64,000 nucleotides of DNA from an uncultured Muribaculaceae bacterium (GCA_910584905.1 CAJUCQ010000024.1:4964-68963), one strand, 5' to 3'. Shown: positions 27,440 to 40,400, counted from the first letter of the stretch. Program-made: numbers and translations. Notes: generated from the letters alone by a model not told the origin.

Positions 27440-27939
27440 TAGAAAGTGCCGCCCGCCGCGGCCTTGTAGTCGCCGCCTTCGTCTTTGCCTTCCTTGCCCT
27501 CGGGTCAACGGGCGGCGCCGGAGGCCTGCTCGCCCTCGCTTCGGGGATAGCAGGCATCGTCTACCTCATCCGTCAGCAATGCCTGCGCGACCGCGAGGCC
27601 CGCGCCGCCACCGGTCGCGGCGTCCCCGCCGCGGCCCTTGCCAGCTACGGCGTTGCGATATCATTCTTCGCCGCCCTCCCCGTAGCCCTCGCCGTCTACG
27701 TCATTCTCCGCTTCATCTTCCCGGATTATATCGTCAGTCAGCTCGAATATTCCGTCAACGTAATGGCGCAGATTCCCGAATACGCCCCGCTGACAGCGCA
27801 GCTTCAGCACATCCTTGACCACGGACCCGTGCCGACACCCGCCGACATGATGGCCTCGGTGCTCATGATGATGATGCTCTCCGGACTGTTTATCGGCATC
27901 GCAGGCCTTATCATAGCAAAAACAATCAACCGCAAATAA
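27427..27939 (+). CDS. Membrane protein, DUF4199-like
   Basis: Four hydrophobic helices and YVILRFIFPDYI; located just before a GT2 gene, as is usual in Bacteroidales. Confidence 0.6.
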   Translation: MPPLIESAARRGLVVAAFVFAFLALGSTGGAGGLLALASGIAGIVYLIRQQCLRDREARAATGRGVPAAALASYGVAISFFAALPVALAVYVILRFIFPDYIVSQLEYSVNVMAQIPEYAPLTAQLQHILDHGPVPTPADMMASVLMMMMLSGLFIGIAGLIIAKTINRK

Positions 27940-28892
27940 TGGATATTTCAGTAATAGTGCCCCTATACAACGAAGCCGAGTCGCTCCCCGAACTCAAGGC
28001 TTGGATTGAGCGCGTGATGACCGAACACGGCTTTTCTTACGAAATAATATTCGTAAACGACGGCTCGACCGACGACTCGTGGGAAGTGATTCGCGGCCTC
28101 CGCAACCAAGACCCCGGGCATGTGCGCGGCATTTCTTTCCGCCGCAACTACGGCAAAAGCCCCGCCCTCAACACCGGCTTCGCCGCCGCCACCGGCGACG
28201 TCGTGATAACGATGGACGCCGACCTGCAGGACTCCCCCGACGAAATCCCCGAACTCTACCGCATGATTCGTGAGGAAGGCTACGACCTCGTCAGCGGATA
28301 CAAAAAAAAGCGCTACGACCCCCTCTCGAAGACCATCCCGACGAAACTCTTCAACGCCACGGCCCGACGCGTCAGCGGCATCCGGAACCTCCACGACTTC
28401 AACTGCGGCCTGAAAGCATACGACGCAAAAGTCGTCAAACACATCGAAGTCTACGGCGACATGCACCGCTACATCCCTTATCTCGCAAAGCTCGCCGGTT
28501 TTCATAAAATAGGCGAAAAAGTGGTGCAGCACCGCGCGCGCAAATACGGCAAGACCAAATTCGGCCTCGACCGCTTTGTCAACGGCTATCTCGACCTGCT
28601 CACCCTGTGGTTCACGGGCCGTTTCGGCAAAAAACCGATGCACTTTTTCGGCCTCCTCGGCTCGCTGATGTTCATGCTCGGCTTCGTAGCCGTGATTCTC
28701 GTCGGTGTGCTCAAACTCTACCACATGTATGCCGGACACAGCTACATCCTCGTCACCGACTCTCCCTACTTCTTCCTTGCCCTTACCCTCATGCTCCTCG
28801 GCTCCCAGCTCTTTCTCGCCGGATTCATCGGCGAGCTGGTGGTGCGCAACTCGCCGAAGCGCAACGAATATGAAATCGACGAACGCATTTAG
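27939..28892 (+). CDS. Glycosyltransferase family 2 (ArnC/GtrB/DPM-synthase-like, polyprenol-phosphate)
   Basis: ISVIVPLYNE, FVNDGSTD, RRNYGKS, TMDADLQD, DFNCGLK and two C-terminal TM helices. Confidence 0.9.
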   Translation: MDISVIVPLYNEAESLPELKAWIERVMTEHGFSYEIIFVNDGSTDDSWEVIRGLRNQDPGHVRGISFRRNYGKSPALNTGFAAATGDVVITMDADLQDSPDEIPELYRMIREEGYDLVSGYKKKRYDPLSKTIPTKLFNATARRVSGIRNLHDFNCGLKAYDAKVVKHIEVYGDMHRYIPYLAKLAGFHKIGEKVVQHRARKYGKTKFGLDRFVNGYLDLLTLWFTGRFGKKPMHFFGLLGSLMFMLGFVAVILVGVLKLYHMYAGHSYILVTDSPYFFLALTLMLLGSQLFLAGFIGELVVRNSPKRNEYEIDERI

Positions 28893-28908
28893 CCCCCGAT
28901 AAATCAAA

Positions 28909-29430
28909 ATGGAAACATTCCGCAACTTAGCTCTCGCGCGCTACTCATGCCGCGCATACGACTCATCCCGCATCCCTTCGCGCGCAATTCTCGCCGACAT
29001 TCTCGAAGATGTGCGCATCGCCCCGTCGGCCTGCAACCGCCAGCCGTGGCAATTTTGGGTCATTGATTCCGAAGGCCCCGCCCGCGACGCCGTCCTTGCC
29101 TCGTACGAACGCGAATGGATCCGCACCGCTCCGGCCTTTGTGGTCTGCCTCGGGATTGTCGACGAAGGCTGGGTGCGCCCCTATGACGGCCATTCGCATA
29201 TCGACGTGGACCTCGCCATAGCCGCCGAGCACCTTTGCCTCGCCGCCACCGACCGCGGCCTCGCCACTTGCTGGGTATGCCATTTCGACCCCGAAAAACT
29301 CCGCGAAGGCCTTGAAATCCCCGACGGACTCCGCCCCGTGGCCATTATCCCCGTGGGCTATCCCGCCGAAGGCGTCGCCGCTCCCGAAAAGAAACGCAAA
29401 TCACTCGAAGAAATCGTCAGATGGCTCTAA
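28909..29430 (+). CDS. Nitroreductase family protein
   Basis: RYSCRAY, APSACNRQPW and GLATCWV. Confidence 0.9.
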   Translation: METFRNLALARYSCRAYDSSRIPSRAILADILEDVRIAPSACNRQPWQFWVIDSEGPARDAVLASYEREWIRTAPAFVVCLGIVDEGWVRPYDGHSHIDVDLAIAAEHLCLAATDRGLATCWVCHFDPEKLREGLEIPDGLRPVAIIPVGYPAEGVAAPEKKRKSLEEIVRWL

Positions 29431-29957
29431 CCCGCGGCCTCGCCGCCTTGCCCCTTATCGTGGCCTGCATCGCCGGCGCATCCCTCCCGGCCTGCTCCAC
29501 AAGCGGTTGCCTCGACAATCAGAGCGCAATCCCGCTCGCCGAGTTCTACTCCTCGGCCACCGGGCAGGCCATATCGCTCAACAACATCACAATCCGCGGA
29601 GTCGGCGCCCCGGCCGATTCCGCAATCCTCGTCGCGCCCCCGGCCGCATCCCAAGTCTACCTCCCGATGCGCTCCACCCGCAATTCGACTTCGTGGCGAA
29701 TCAGCTATCAGCAACCCGGAATCGACGACCCGGCATTCGACGACGTCGTCACCTTCACCTACGACTCCGAGCCATACTTCGCATCCGCCGAATGCGGCGC
29801 AATGTACTGCTACCGCATCCGCAAAGTCGAATGCACAACCAACCTGCTCGACTCCGTAAGCATCCTCGACTCGCTCATCACCAATGTCGACCGTCCGAGT
29901 ATGCGATTCTATTTCCGAACAGCCGAAGAGCCCGGGGAGGAGGCTGAAACGATATGA
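29421..29957 (+). CDS. Lipoprotein, DUF6452-like
   Basis: Lipobox LPAC, then CSTSGCLDN and PYFASAECG. Confidence 0.65.
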   Translation: MALTRGLAALPLIVACIAGASLPACSTSGCLDNQSAIPLAEFYSSATGQAISLNNITIRGVGAPADSAILVAPPAASQVYLPMRSTRNSTSWRISYQQPGIDDPAFDDVVTFTYDSEPYFASAECGAMYCYRIRKVECTTNLLDSVSILDSLITNVDRPSMRFYFRTAEEPGEEAETI

Positions 29958-30883
29958 AACCACGCATTGCCGTTCTCTTCGCTCTCGCCCTCGCCTTGAT
30001 TCCGGCCTTTGCCGATTCGCCCGTCGGCGATGCCCCGCGCCGTCGCATCTCCCCCGTGAACAATGCCGCCACACGCACACAAGCCGTCAACGAAACGCGC
30101 AACGACACCGCAAAGATAAACGCCGCCCGCAGGGCCAAAAGCACATCCTACCGCGACGACCGCGGAATGCTCGTTTTTGTCGACACCGTCACCGGCGAAA
30201 AATGGGTCGACTCCACAGCCATGAGCACACTCCCGAAGATGAAACACCCCCTCCTGTATTCAGGAAGCGTAGGCGTAAACATCTGGGACCCCGTGATGCG
30301 TGCATTCGGGCAGCGCTACGGTCTGTTCGACGCATGGGTCCAGCTCAACCTCCACAACCGCTATCTACCCGTGTTCGAAGTCGGACTCGGCCAAATGGAC
30401 CACCGCCCGAAAACATCCGATTTCACATTCCGAGTCCCCGCATCGGTATATTTCCGCATCGGCGCCGACTACAACTTCTTCTACAATTCCAACCCCGACT
30501 ACCTCCTCGTCGCCGGCCTGCGCTACGGCTTCTCGCCCTTCAGCTACGAAGTGCGTGATATTGTCCTCGACTCGCCCTACTGGGACGAGACAGCCGTATT
30601 CGATATCCCCTCCCGCAACGCCACCGCAGGCTGGCTCGAACTCCGCCTTGGCGTAATAGTGAAAATCTGGGGCCCGATATCAATGGGATGGAATTTCAAG
30701 TACTCGAAGATGCTTCATGAGAGTAAAAGCGCAGTCGGTCAGCCGTGGTACGTCCCCGGCTTCGGCACTCGCGGCCCCGGTATCGGAGCCACATTCTCCG
30801 TCATTTACACCATTCCGCTCGAACGCCTGAACAAACCCGGCCGCACAGGGGTTATCAATGAAGATATAAACCCCGAAAAATGA
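29954..30883 (+). CDS. Putative outer-membrane beta-barrel protein, DUF6048-like
   Basis: Signal peptide; NLHNRYLPVFEVG, YFRIGADYN, PWYVPGFG; alternating beta pattern. Confidence 0.65.
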   Translation: MKPRIAVLFALALALIPAFADSPVGDAPRRRISPVNNAATRTQAVNETRNDTAKINAARRAKSTSYRDDRGMLVFVDTVTGEKWVDSTAMSTLPKMKHPLLYSGSVGVNIWDPVMRAFGQRYGLFDAWVQLNLHNRYLPVFEVGLGQMDHRPKTSDFTFRVPASVYFRIGADYNFFYNSNPDYLLVAGLRYGFSPFSYEVRDIVLDSPYWDETAVFDIPSRNATAGWLELRLGVIVKIWGPISMGWNFKYSKMLHESKSAVGQPWYVPGFGTRGPGIGATFSVIYTIPLERLNKPGRTGVINEDINPEK

Positions 30884-31626
30884 AAAAAATAATTATCATA
30901 GGCGCATCTTCAGGCATGGGGATGCGAGTGGCGATGGACTTCGCCCGTATGGGATGGCGTGTAGGTGTGGCCGCACGCCGCCTCGACCGCCTTCAGGAGA
31001 TAAAAGCACAGTTTCCCGACCGCGTCGAAGCCATGGCCATTGACGTTGCGGCCCCCGATGCCGCCCGCCGCTTCGAAAGCCTCATCGAGCTTATCGACGG
31101 CATGGACGTCTTCCTCTATGCCGCAGGCACAGGCTGGCGAAACCCCTCGCTCGACCCCGCAGTCGAAGCCCGCACAATCGACGTCAACGTCCGCGGATTC
31201 ACGGCCATAGTCACCTCAGCCTGCCGCTACTTCGCCCGCACCGCCAACCGTACACCCGGACAAATCGCCGTAATCACCTCGGTGGCCGGAGCACGAGGCC
31301 TCGGCATCTCGCCAGCATACTCCGCCTCCAAACGCTATCAGTGGAACTATCTCGACGCCATTGACCAGCTCGCTCATGCCTCACGCATCAACGTCGACAT
31401 CACCGACATCCGCCCCGGATTCGTCGACACGGCTCTCCTTGCCGACGACCCCCGCAAAGACTCGCTACCCATGCTGATGAGCATCGATTACGTCGCCCCG
31501 CTTATCGAAAAAGCTGTCCTCCGTCGCCGCCGCGTGGCATATATCGACTCCCGCTGGGCTGTCATGACAGCCCTGATGCGCGCGGTCCCGGCTTCGCTGT
31601 GGCGCAGGCTATCCTTTGACTTATAG
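30880..31626 (+). CDS. SDR family NAD(P)-dependent oxidoreductase
   Basis: IIGASSGMG Rossmann motif, YSASK catalytic motif and PGFVDT. Confidence 0.9.
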   Translation: MKKIIIIGASSGMGMRVAMDFARMGWRVGVAARRLDRLQEIKAQFPDRVEAMAIDVAAPDAARRFESLIELIDGMDVFLYAAGTGWRNPSLDPAVEARTIDVNVRGFTAIVTSACRYFARTANRTPGQIAVITSVAGARGLGISPAYSASKRYQWNYLDAIDQLAHASRINVDITDIRPGFVDTALLADDPRKDSLPMLMSIDYVAPLIEKAVLRRRRVAYIDSRWAVMTALMRAVPASLWRRLSFDL

Positions 31627-31633
31627 TGTGTTC

Positions 31634-31700
31634 TGCCGAAAAGACCATATTGCGGCCGCCCCACCAGGGCGGCCGCAAACATTTTCGGCATGCCTTTTGT
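31634..31700 (+). promoter_or_regulatory. Nested inverted repeat with overlapping sigma-54-like GG-N10-GT element upstream of clpB
   Basis: TGCCGAAAA / TTTTCGGCA (31634-42 / 31682-90) encloses TTGCGGCCGCCC / GGGCGGCCGCAA. GG at 31687-88 and GT at 31699-700. Confidence 0.45.
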
Positions 31701-31746
31701 TATTAATGGAAAGCAAAAAACTATCCACGCGTAAAGACTACACTTT

Positions 31747-34344
31747 ATGAACTTCAACAATTTTACTATCAAATCGCAGGAGGCAATCCAGAAAGCCGTC
31801 GAAATCACCCGCGGCTCAGGCTCGCAGTCAATCGAGCCGGTGCATCTCCTCAAAGGCGTCATTGAGGAAGGCGAGTCGCTCGTGAAGTTCATCTTCCAGA
31901 AAATCGGCGCCAACCTGCAAGGCATAAGCGCCAAAGTCGACGCCGAAATCGCCGCGCAACCCAAGGTGTCGGGCGGCGAGCCCTATCTCTCGCGGACATC
32001 CAACGACGTCCTTCAGAAAGCACTCGACATAGCCAAGAAAGCCGGCGACGAATACGTCACCCTCGAAGCCCTCCTTCTTGCCATTTTCGACGTCAACTCC
32101 CCCGCCTCCACAATCCTTAAGGACTACGGCGTAGGAAGCAAAGAACTGCAGGCCGCCGTCGACGAGCTCCGCAAAGGCAAAAAAGCCACCGACCAAAGCG
32201 CCGAAGAAACATACAACGCCCTATCGAAATACGCCATAAACCTCAACGAACGCGCCCGGCAGGGCAAACTCGACCCAGTGATCGGCCGCGACGAAGAAAT
32301 CCGACGTGTGCTCCAGATTCTTTCACGACGCACAAAAAACAACCCAATGCTCATCGGCGAACCCGGCACCGGCAAAACAGCCATAGCCGAAGGCCTCGCA
32401 CACCGCATTGTCCGCGGCGACGTCCCCGAGAATCTGCGCTCCAAACAAATATACTCCCTCGACATGGGCGCCCTCGTCGCCGGCGCAAAATACAAAGGCG
32501 AATTCGAAGAACGCCTCAAGGCTATCGTCAACGAAGTCACCGGAGCCGACGGCGAGATTATACTCTTCATCGACGAAATCCACACACTCGTCGGAGCCGG
32601 TAAAGGCGAAGGCGCCATGGACGCCGCAAACATCCTCAAGCCCGCGCTCGCGCGTGGCGAACTCAGAAGCATAGGCGCAACAACCCTCGACGAATATCAG
32701 AAATACTTCGAGAAAGACAAAGCCCTCGAACGCCGTTTCCAGAAAGTCATGGTTAACGAACCCGACGAGGCCTCGGCAATAGCCATCCTCCGCGGACTGA
32801 AAGAACGCTACGAAAACCACCACAAGGTGCGCATCCGCGACGAAGCGATTATCGCCGCCGTCCAGCTCTCCGAACGCTATATCACCGACCGCTTCCTCCC
32901 CGACAAAGCCATCGACCTTATCGACGAGGCCGCTTCGAAACTCAAACTCGAAATCGACTCGGTGCCGCAGGCCCTCGACGACATCACTCGCCGCATAGCC
33001 CAGATGGAAATCGAGCGCGAAGCCATCAAGCGCGAAGACGACAAAGACCGCGTCCGCGACATCGAAAAACGTATCGCCGAACTCCGCGAGGAGGAAAAAG
33101 AATACTCCGCCAAGTGGAAAGCCGAGCGCGAGCTGATATCTAAAATACAACAAAACAAAATCGACATCGAACAGCTCAACTTCGATGCTGACCGCGCCGA
33201 ACGCGAGGGCGACTACGCTAAAGTAGCCGAAATCCGCTACTCCAGCATTCAGGCAAAAGAGCGGGAAAACGCCGCAATCCAGCAGCAGCTCAAAGACATG
33301 CAGGGCGAGCGTGCGCTCATCAAAGAAGAAGTCGACGCCGACGACATCGCCGACGTCGTATCCCGCTGGACCGGAATCCCCGTCAAGAAAATGGCCCGTA
33401 GCGAACAGGAAAAACTCCTTCACCTCGAAGTCGAGCTCCATTCGCGCGTCGTCGGGCAAGACGAAGCTATCCGCGCCATCGCCGACGCCGTGCGCCGCTC
33501 GCGCGCAGGCCTCAACGACCCCCGTCGCCCGATCGGCTCATTCATTTTCCTCGGAACGACAGGCGTCGGAAAAACCGAACTCGCCAAAGCCCTCGCCGAA
33601 TACCTCTTCGACGACGAAAACATGATGACGCGTATCGACATGAGCGAATATCAGGAGAAACACTCCGTGAGCCGTCTCGTCGGCGCCCCTCCCGGATACG
33701 TCGGTTACGACGAAGGCGGACAGCTCACCGAAGCCGTAAGGCGCAAACCTTACTCCGTAGTCCTCTTCGACGAAATCGAAAAGGCCCACCCAGATGTATT
33801 CAACATCCTCCTGCAGGTTCTCGACGACGGACGCCTCACCGACAACAAAGGCCGAAACGTCAACTTCAAGAACACCATCATAATCATGACCTCGAACATG
33901 GGTTCGGCCCTCATCCGCGACAATTTCGCCGCGATGACCCCCGAAAACCGCGACGAGACCGTCGAAAAAACCAAGACTCAGGTCCTCGACATGCTCAAGC
34001 AGACGATACGCCCCGAGTTCCTCAACCGTATCGACGAGATTATAATGTTCACTCCCCTCAACCGCGAGGAAATCGAAGAAATCGTAGGCCTCCAGATTGA
34101 AGGCATCCGCAAGATGCTCTTGCAGTCAAGTGGCATCGACCTCAGGATTACCCCCAAAGCGCTAAGCTTCCTCGCCGACGAAGGCTTTGACCCCGAATTC
34201 GGTGCTCGACCCGTCAAGCGCGCCATCCACAGGCTCGTCCTCAATCAGCTCTCAAAAGACATCCTCGCGCGCAAGGTCGACCGCTCCAACCCCATAGTCA
34301 TCGACACAACCGACGACGGCACCGACCTCATATTCAAAAACTGA
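31747..34344 (+). CDS. clpB: ATP-dependent chaperone ClpB
   Basis: Two AAA+ modules ([16 protein letters not shown]), a coiled-coil middle domain and [30 protein letters not shown]. Confidence 0.97.
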   Translation: MNFNNFTIKSQEAIQKAVEITRGSGSQSIEPVHLLKGVIEEGESLVKFIFQKIGANLQGISAKVDAEIAAQPKVSGGEPYLSRTSNDVLQKALDIAKKAGDEYVTLEALLLAIFDVNSPASTILKDYGVGSKELQAAVDELRKGKKATDQSAEETYNALSKYAINLNERARQGKLDPVIGRDEEIRRVLQILSRRTKNNPMLIGEPGTGKTAIAEGLAHRIVRGDVPENLRSKQIYSLDMGALVAGAKYKGEFEERLKAIVNEVTGADGEIILFIDEIHTLVGAGKGEGAMDAANILKPALARGELRSIGATTLDEYQKYFEKDKALERRFQKVMVNEPDEASAIAILRGLKERYENHHKVRIRDEAIIAAVQLSERYITDRFLPDKAIDLIDEAASKLKLEIDSVPQALDDITRRIAQMEIEREAIKREDDKDRVRDIEKRIAELREEEKEYSAKWKAERELISKIQQNKIDIEQLNFDADRAEREGDYAKVAEIRYSSIQAKERENAAIQQQLKDMQGERALIKEEVDADDIADVVSRWTGIPVKKMARSEQEKLLHLEVELHSRVVGQDEAIRAIADAVRRSRAGLNDPRRPIGSFIFLGTTGVGKTELAKALAEYLFDDENMMTRIDMSEYQEKHSVSRLVGAPPGYVGYDEGGQLTEAVRRKPYSVVLFDEIEKAHPDVFNILLQVLDDGRLTDNKGRNVNFKNTIIIMTSNMGSALIRDNFAAMTPENRDETVEKTKTQVLDMLKQTIRPEFLNRIDEIIMFTPLNREEIEEIVGLQIEGIRKMLLQSSGIDLRITPKALSFLADEGFDPEFGARPVKRAIHRLVLNQLSKDILARKVDRSNPIVIDTTDDGTDLIFKN

Positions 34345-34369
34345 AAATCTCTTTAACCGCAACCACAAT

Positions 34370-34410
34370 CCGGCCCCCCGGGCGCATCGCGCCTCAGGGC
34401 CGGTTTTTTT
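34370..34410 (+). terminator. Intrinsic terminator after clpB
   Basis: CCGGCCC / GGGCCGG outer stem with an inner GGCGC/GCGCC stem, followed by T7. Confidence 0.8.
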
Positions 34411-34490
34411 GCGCCCTAGCCGCAAACAGAAGCCTGCCTCAAGAAACTATCGAGGAGTGGAAAGGAAGCTGGGTGCCAACTTTCATTTTG

Positions 34491-37400
34491 CTATCTTGCG
34501 AGCGACAGGTTTATCGAGATGCCGTATGACGAGTTGGTCGTGGGGTAGGAGCTTGTGGTGACAAGGGGCGTGTTGACCTGATGGTCGAAGTAGGCCTGAA
34601 GTGTGATGCGCTTGCTCAGGATGTAAGAGGCCGTGAAGTTGATGCCGAGGGTGTTGGCCCCGGACGTCGGCTGTGTGTAGTTGCTCTCGATGCGGCGGAT
34701 GAGGGCCTGCGTGTTCTGGAATGAGAAGTCGGCGTTAAGCGTCAGGTCGTTGCTTACGCCCTGAGCCGAACCTTTCATCTTGAGCACGGTGTTGAAGCCG
34801 ATGATTTTGTAGCCCACGCCTACGGTGATGCCCTTGGTCGTGGCCTCGACGACCTGCCCGGCCGACGTGTTGAGCGTGAGAGTGCGCTGGTCGCGCCACT
34901 CGGCGTTGAACTGGAGGTCGTTTTTCATCGTCGCTTTCACGCCGAAGAGAGGCGCGAAGCGCTCGGTGATGGCCACCGATGAAATGTTGAACGGCGACGA
35001 CGGCACGGGCAGTCCCGAGAGCTCGTCGAGCGTGAAGCCGAGATTGCCCCCGTCGGCGCTTACCCAGTTGAGATACGACGAGAACGACCCCACGGAGTAG
35101 GTGCACTGATAGGCGTGGCTCAGCGTAAAGCTCTTGAAGATATTGCGCATGTTGCCCATATTGATAAGGCCGTCATAGGTGACGCGCCAGTTCGGAAGCA
35201 CGCTCGAGAAATCGGGGAAGGGATTGAGCGTGACGCTCTCGGCCGAACTGCCGGAATATGCCGCCATAAATGCCGGGATGAGCACGTCCGACGACGTCCG
35301 GCTCACTTCGCCCGTAGCGGGCGAGAAGGGCTTGCCCGCTTCGGGGGTGCCGGCGATGAAGCCTCCGTCGGGGTAGCGGAGGCCGGCGTACTGAGCCTCG
35401 ACGCGGTCGCGGATTTCAGGGATATTCGCGAGGAAGGTGTTGAAGGCCGCCGAGTTGTAGCCGTCGTCGGCTTTCGAGCTTCTGAGCGCGGTGCCGAGCG
35501 CCATGTGAGTCTTGGTGTACGACCCGGCGAGCGACGTAGGCATGCCGTCGTACATAAACTGCACCTGCGACGTGCGGTTGTCCGTGCGGTTGAACGTCAG
35601 CTGTATCTTGAAGCCCTTGAAGATTTCGAGGTTCGCCTCGATGTTAAGCTCGTTGGTGCGCCCCCACACGGCAGGCGACGTCTGGCCGTCGTCGGTGATG
35701 AGCCAGCCGCGGTCGAGGGCCTTGCGGATATAGCTTTCGTCAGTGAAGCCGAAGGCGAAGTCGAGCCCCGGAGCCATAGGCCCGTATGAGGTGCTTTCTC
35801 CGAAGATGTTGCCGATTTCGGGGCGGAAGAGCGGCAGGCTCATCGTCCGGGTGTTGCGGTAGCGGACTGATACGTTTCGAGGCGACATCACAAGTCGCGT
35901 GGCGTATTCGCCTATTTCGCGCATCAGGCTCTTCTCGTCCTTGAGGAGTTCAAGGACGGTGAACTTGATGTTTTGGTCGCCGCGTGTGAGGATTTCGACG
36001 TTGTTGGCGTCGATAATCTTTGTCTTGACGGCGAAGGGCTTGTTGCCGTCGGCCGTCACGGCTGTTACCTTCACCTTTTTGGTGCGGAGGTTGTGTTTGA
36101 TGACGAGCGTCGTGTCGGGTTTGAGGGCGAAGGCCTTTTCGAAGCGCTTGGGTTTGCGTGTCGTCGTGTTGGGGCGGCGTGTGTTGGCAAAGCGCTTGTT
36201 CACCTCTTTGAGGAATGTGATTTTGTTGTAGAAGCCCTCGAAGTTGATGCGCCCGTCGGCGTTCCATGCCGCCTGATTGGCTATGGAGTTGCCCATCGAC
36301 GTGCCGTCGATGGTGGCGCCGCGGTCCCAGCGATAGGTGGCGTTGTAGCTGACGTTGGCCGTGAGGAAGTCGAGGAACGGTATTTTCGAGAAGGGCGCGC
36401 GGTATTGGCCCGTGAAGGTCTGGTTGTAGGCCCACGGCGTGCCCATTGAGCGTATCGACTGCCACACCGTGTCTTTCCATTCCTTGTACTTGTCAGGGAA
36501 GAGCTTGCGGTTGACGGCGCCGACCGTTTCCTCGATGCGGGCCGACGTGTTGGAGTTGAAGGTGAGGCTGAGTGTCTTGGTGATGTTCCAGGTCAGCGCG
36601 AGCTGGCGGTCCCACAGGAAGTTCTTGCTCACCGAAACGGGCAGCTGGAACATCTGGTCGGTCTCCGAGCGCGTCTGCTGTTCGTAGTAGTAGCGGCTCA
36701 TGTTGGTCTGGAACGAGATATTCGTCGGCAGCCAGTTGAGCTCCCATTCCTTGAGGAAACGCGCGTTTTTATTCTTCGACTTCAGGCCCTTGAAGGGTTT
36801 GAAGGCCTTGAAGTAGGGCGAATAGTTATACTGGAGAGCGCCGCGATAGTCGTTGGTGTTTTCGTATTCGGTCGTCGGGTCGTTTTTTGACTGCTTGCTG
36901 AACGAGAAGTTTACCGTGAAGTTCGCCGGGTCCCAAGGCATGGGGTTTTTGCTCTTGACGTCGAATTTAAGCCCCGAGAGCGAGAAGTTCTGTATAGACG
37001 TGCGCTCGACAGCGTATGAGCTTATGGAGTCGCGCTCGGCCTTTGTCGTGCAGTCGTTGAGGGCGTCTTTGAGGAGCACATCCTGGTCAAGGGGATTGTA
37101 TTTCGGCGATGTTTTCTCCTCGCTGCGCGAGTAGTAGACAGGAGCGCGAAGCTTGGCCTTCTCGGGGAGGAAGCGCCCGAGGTCGGCCTGAACGGCCACG
37201 TTATACTGCTGGAAATCGTCGAGCCGGCGCTCGTTCAGGCTTTGGTCTACGCCGCCGAAGCCTGCTGTCTCGAAGTGGCCGCCGAGGTTCAGCGTGGCCA
37301 CGTCCGAGAGTGCCAGCGTGGCGTTGGCCTTGGCCGCCCAGCCGCCCTCTTCGGCAAAATCGGTCACCTTAAGTTCGTTCACCCACACGGTGCCGTCCTT

Positions 37401-40400
37401 CGTAGTGGCCGAGTTGTTGCGGATGCCTATGAGGATGACACGCACGTCCGACAGCGACGGGTTGCCGAGCACGGCCATGCGGTTGCGGTTGTTGTCCGGG
37501 TCGCGGCCCGTGTAGAGCACGCCATAGCCCACGCCCTCTTCTTCCGCCCTCTTCGCGCGGTTGCGCTCTTTTTTCAGGTCGACGAGGCTCTGAAGGTTGA
37601 AGTTGAGATAGTTGTTCTCGGGCCACACAAGCTCGCGGTCGGCGTTGGAATCGCTGTATTTTTTCGGAGCCGTCAGCTCAAGCGGAATTTCATATTCGTA
37701 GAAATTGTTCTTGACGTCAGTGCCGAGGCGGATGAAGGCCGAGAGGTCGCCCGTCCGCGTGTCGGTGGTGTTGTCGATAGGCGCTTCGGCGTGAATCCAC
37801 ATCTGCAGGCGCTTGTAGTTGCGGAGGTCGAGTTGCGTGTTGCGATAAACGGCGCGGGCGTCGCCTGCCGTGAGGTCGGTCACCTTCAGCGACATCGACT
37901 GCTCGTTGAGCTGCGTAATCTGACTCTGCGACGGGTCCTGAATACGCGTCACCCCCGGAGGCAGCACGTAGTTCACAGGCTCGCGGCCCGCATTCTCCTC
38001 GATGTTCACCACCGATATGTCGAGTTGGCCCTGAGCCGGAGCGTCGCCGCGCGAGTTGAGGTTGAAATCATAGCTACGCCACTCGCCGCGCACAAGTTCG
38101 AACGTGGCGAATCGCAGGTGGGTCGGCTTCTTGAATCCGGTCATGAACATGCGCGCGAAACGTATGGTCGAGAAGTCGGAGATGCCGCCCACTATTTTCT
38201 CGAAGTCGCTCAAAGGTATCTTGAACTGATACCATTCGACTTCGAGATCGGGGTTCTGGGGGTCGCGCGTCGGGACGAGCGACGTCTGCTTGTCCGTGAT
38301 ATAATTCTTGCCCACCACGAGGTCCTCGGGGCGGATTGAAACCCTGTACTGGAAGTAGCGCTCGTATTCGTTGAGCGTATTGTCCTGATTGATGTCCTCG
38401 ACGTCGGGAGTGGCGCGCGAGCTTTGGTAGAGAGGGTCGGAAGCATCCTCGGGCGAGAGCGAGTTGCCTTCGACGCCGTTGTAGCGTTTGTAGCGCTCAA
38501 GCACGCCGATGCGCTGCTCGTCGTAGTCGTAGCCGCGGTAGAAGTGGTAGTTGTCACCGGCAGGGTCGCGCAAGGGCGAGAACGGGTCGTTTTCCATCTC
38601 GGCCACAGTCTGCGGCGACAGCCGCTGGCGCAGCTCCGCGAGATATTCGGCATACGAAGGGAAAGCGAACTCGTCATCGTTGGGGAGGCCGTCAAGCCCG
38701 ACGTCCTGCGCCAAGCGTGCTCCCGTGGCGTTGTCGAAAGAGTAGGTCAGCGAATTCTGCGATGACACGCGCCCCCACACCGTCTCCTTAAGATACTGGT
38801 TGTTGCCATCGTAGGGGATGCCGTTCTCATAGCTCTTGAGGCCGTCTTTAAGGATGTCTTCCGACAGCTCGCCGAAGTTGAGATAGAGGTCGCCGCCCTC
38901 GAGATTCGGGTTCTCGGGGTCAAGGAAAGGATTTAGGAGCCAGAACTGCACATACTCGATGTTGCTTTGCTCGAAGTTGGTGTTGTCGAGTCTGCGCATG
39001 ATGCCGCCCCAGCGCTTTTCGGGGTTCAGCAGGCGCCCGGCATCGTCGATATTGGTGGCGTCGAGGTTGTAGGGGCCGCGTTCGTCGGGGTAGAACGACA
39101 GGTTGAGCGTCTGTATCGTCGACGACTCGCCGTAGCCCAGCTCGCGTCCCTGGAATATCTCGCGCGAGGTCACTTCGCGCACGTAGGGGTTCGACAGCTG
39201 TTTGAGGTCGCTCTTGATGTAGCCCGGAGCCAGCGACGAATTGCGCTGAGTGAACATACGGTCGATATAATACCAGTTCAAGAGCGCGCGGTTCTTGCCG
39301 TAAGCCACGTTGTTGCTCAGCGAAGCCTCCGGGAAGAGCGCATCGGGCGAAGGGTCGTAGGGCGTCGACGCGAGGAACCACGAGTATGGCGACCGCAGGT
39401 CGATGCCGGTCTGCGTGTTCTCGAAGTCATCGACATACGACGATCCCTTGTTCGACCCGCTTCTCTGTGCGTGCGGCAACAGGCGGGCATATTCAGCCGT
39501 GAGATTGAGGCTCGACGGCGCCGTGGCGTTCACTGTCGGTATCTTGTTGAGCAGATTGGTGAGCCACATGAATTCGCCGTTGTAGTTCAGGTTGAGGCCA
39601 ACCATTGTGTTGTTCACCACCTCGTCGCCGATATTCACCTTCTCCAATAGAGCTTTCTCCGAAAAGTGGAGGAGCGTGCCGCCGATATTGAGGTTCTTGT
39701 TGACCTGATACTGGAGGTCAAGCCCGAGGAGCGTCTTGCGTTGCATCGAGAAAAGCGACTGGTTTTCAAGCGTCACGCTGATGTTCTGGCCCGAGTCGAT
39801 GATGCTTTGGTTGGTGATGGTGACGATGCCCATGGCGTAGTCGACGGTATAGTCCGAGTTCTCCGTGAGGGTCACGCCCCCGGCCGTGACTATCACCGAC
39901 CCGCGGGGCACGTTCATGGCATTAAGCCTGATCTGCGATCCCGCCGATGCCTGATATTCACCCTGAAGGATAAACTTATTTTTGTCGGCATACTGCCGCG
40001 CCACCACGAGCGTCGAGTCGTAAAGCTCCTGATACACGTATTGGTCCGCAAGGGCCGGATTGTTGATTTTCTTGCGCAGGTGCGACCCGAAAGGCTCCAC
40101 GACCGGGAAGATGACCTTGCCCTGCTGGGCCATGATGGTGTAGCCCTCGATGAAGTCGAAGAAACCGTCGGGGTTGCTATCCTCGTTCGAGTCGATGCGG
40201 TCGAGGTTCATCACCTGGAGCAGCGACTGGTTGTTGAGCCCCGGCACGGGCAGATAATTGATTTGCGTGCCAGTCGTGTCCGACAGGTATTTGATATTCA
40301 GCCTGAACTTGCTTTTCTGTATCTGATAGCCGCCGAGCGAATACACGTTTTTCATCATCAGCTTCCACATCGGTAGCTGCGGCGACGTCGTCGTGCTCTT

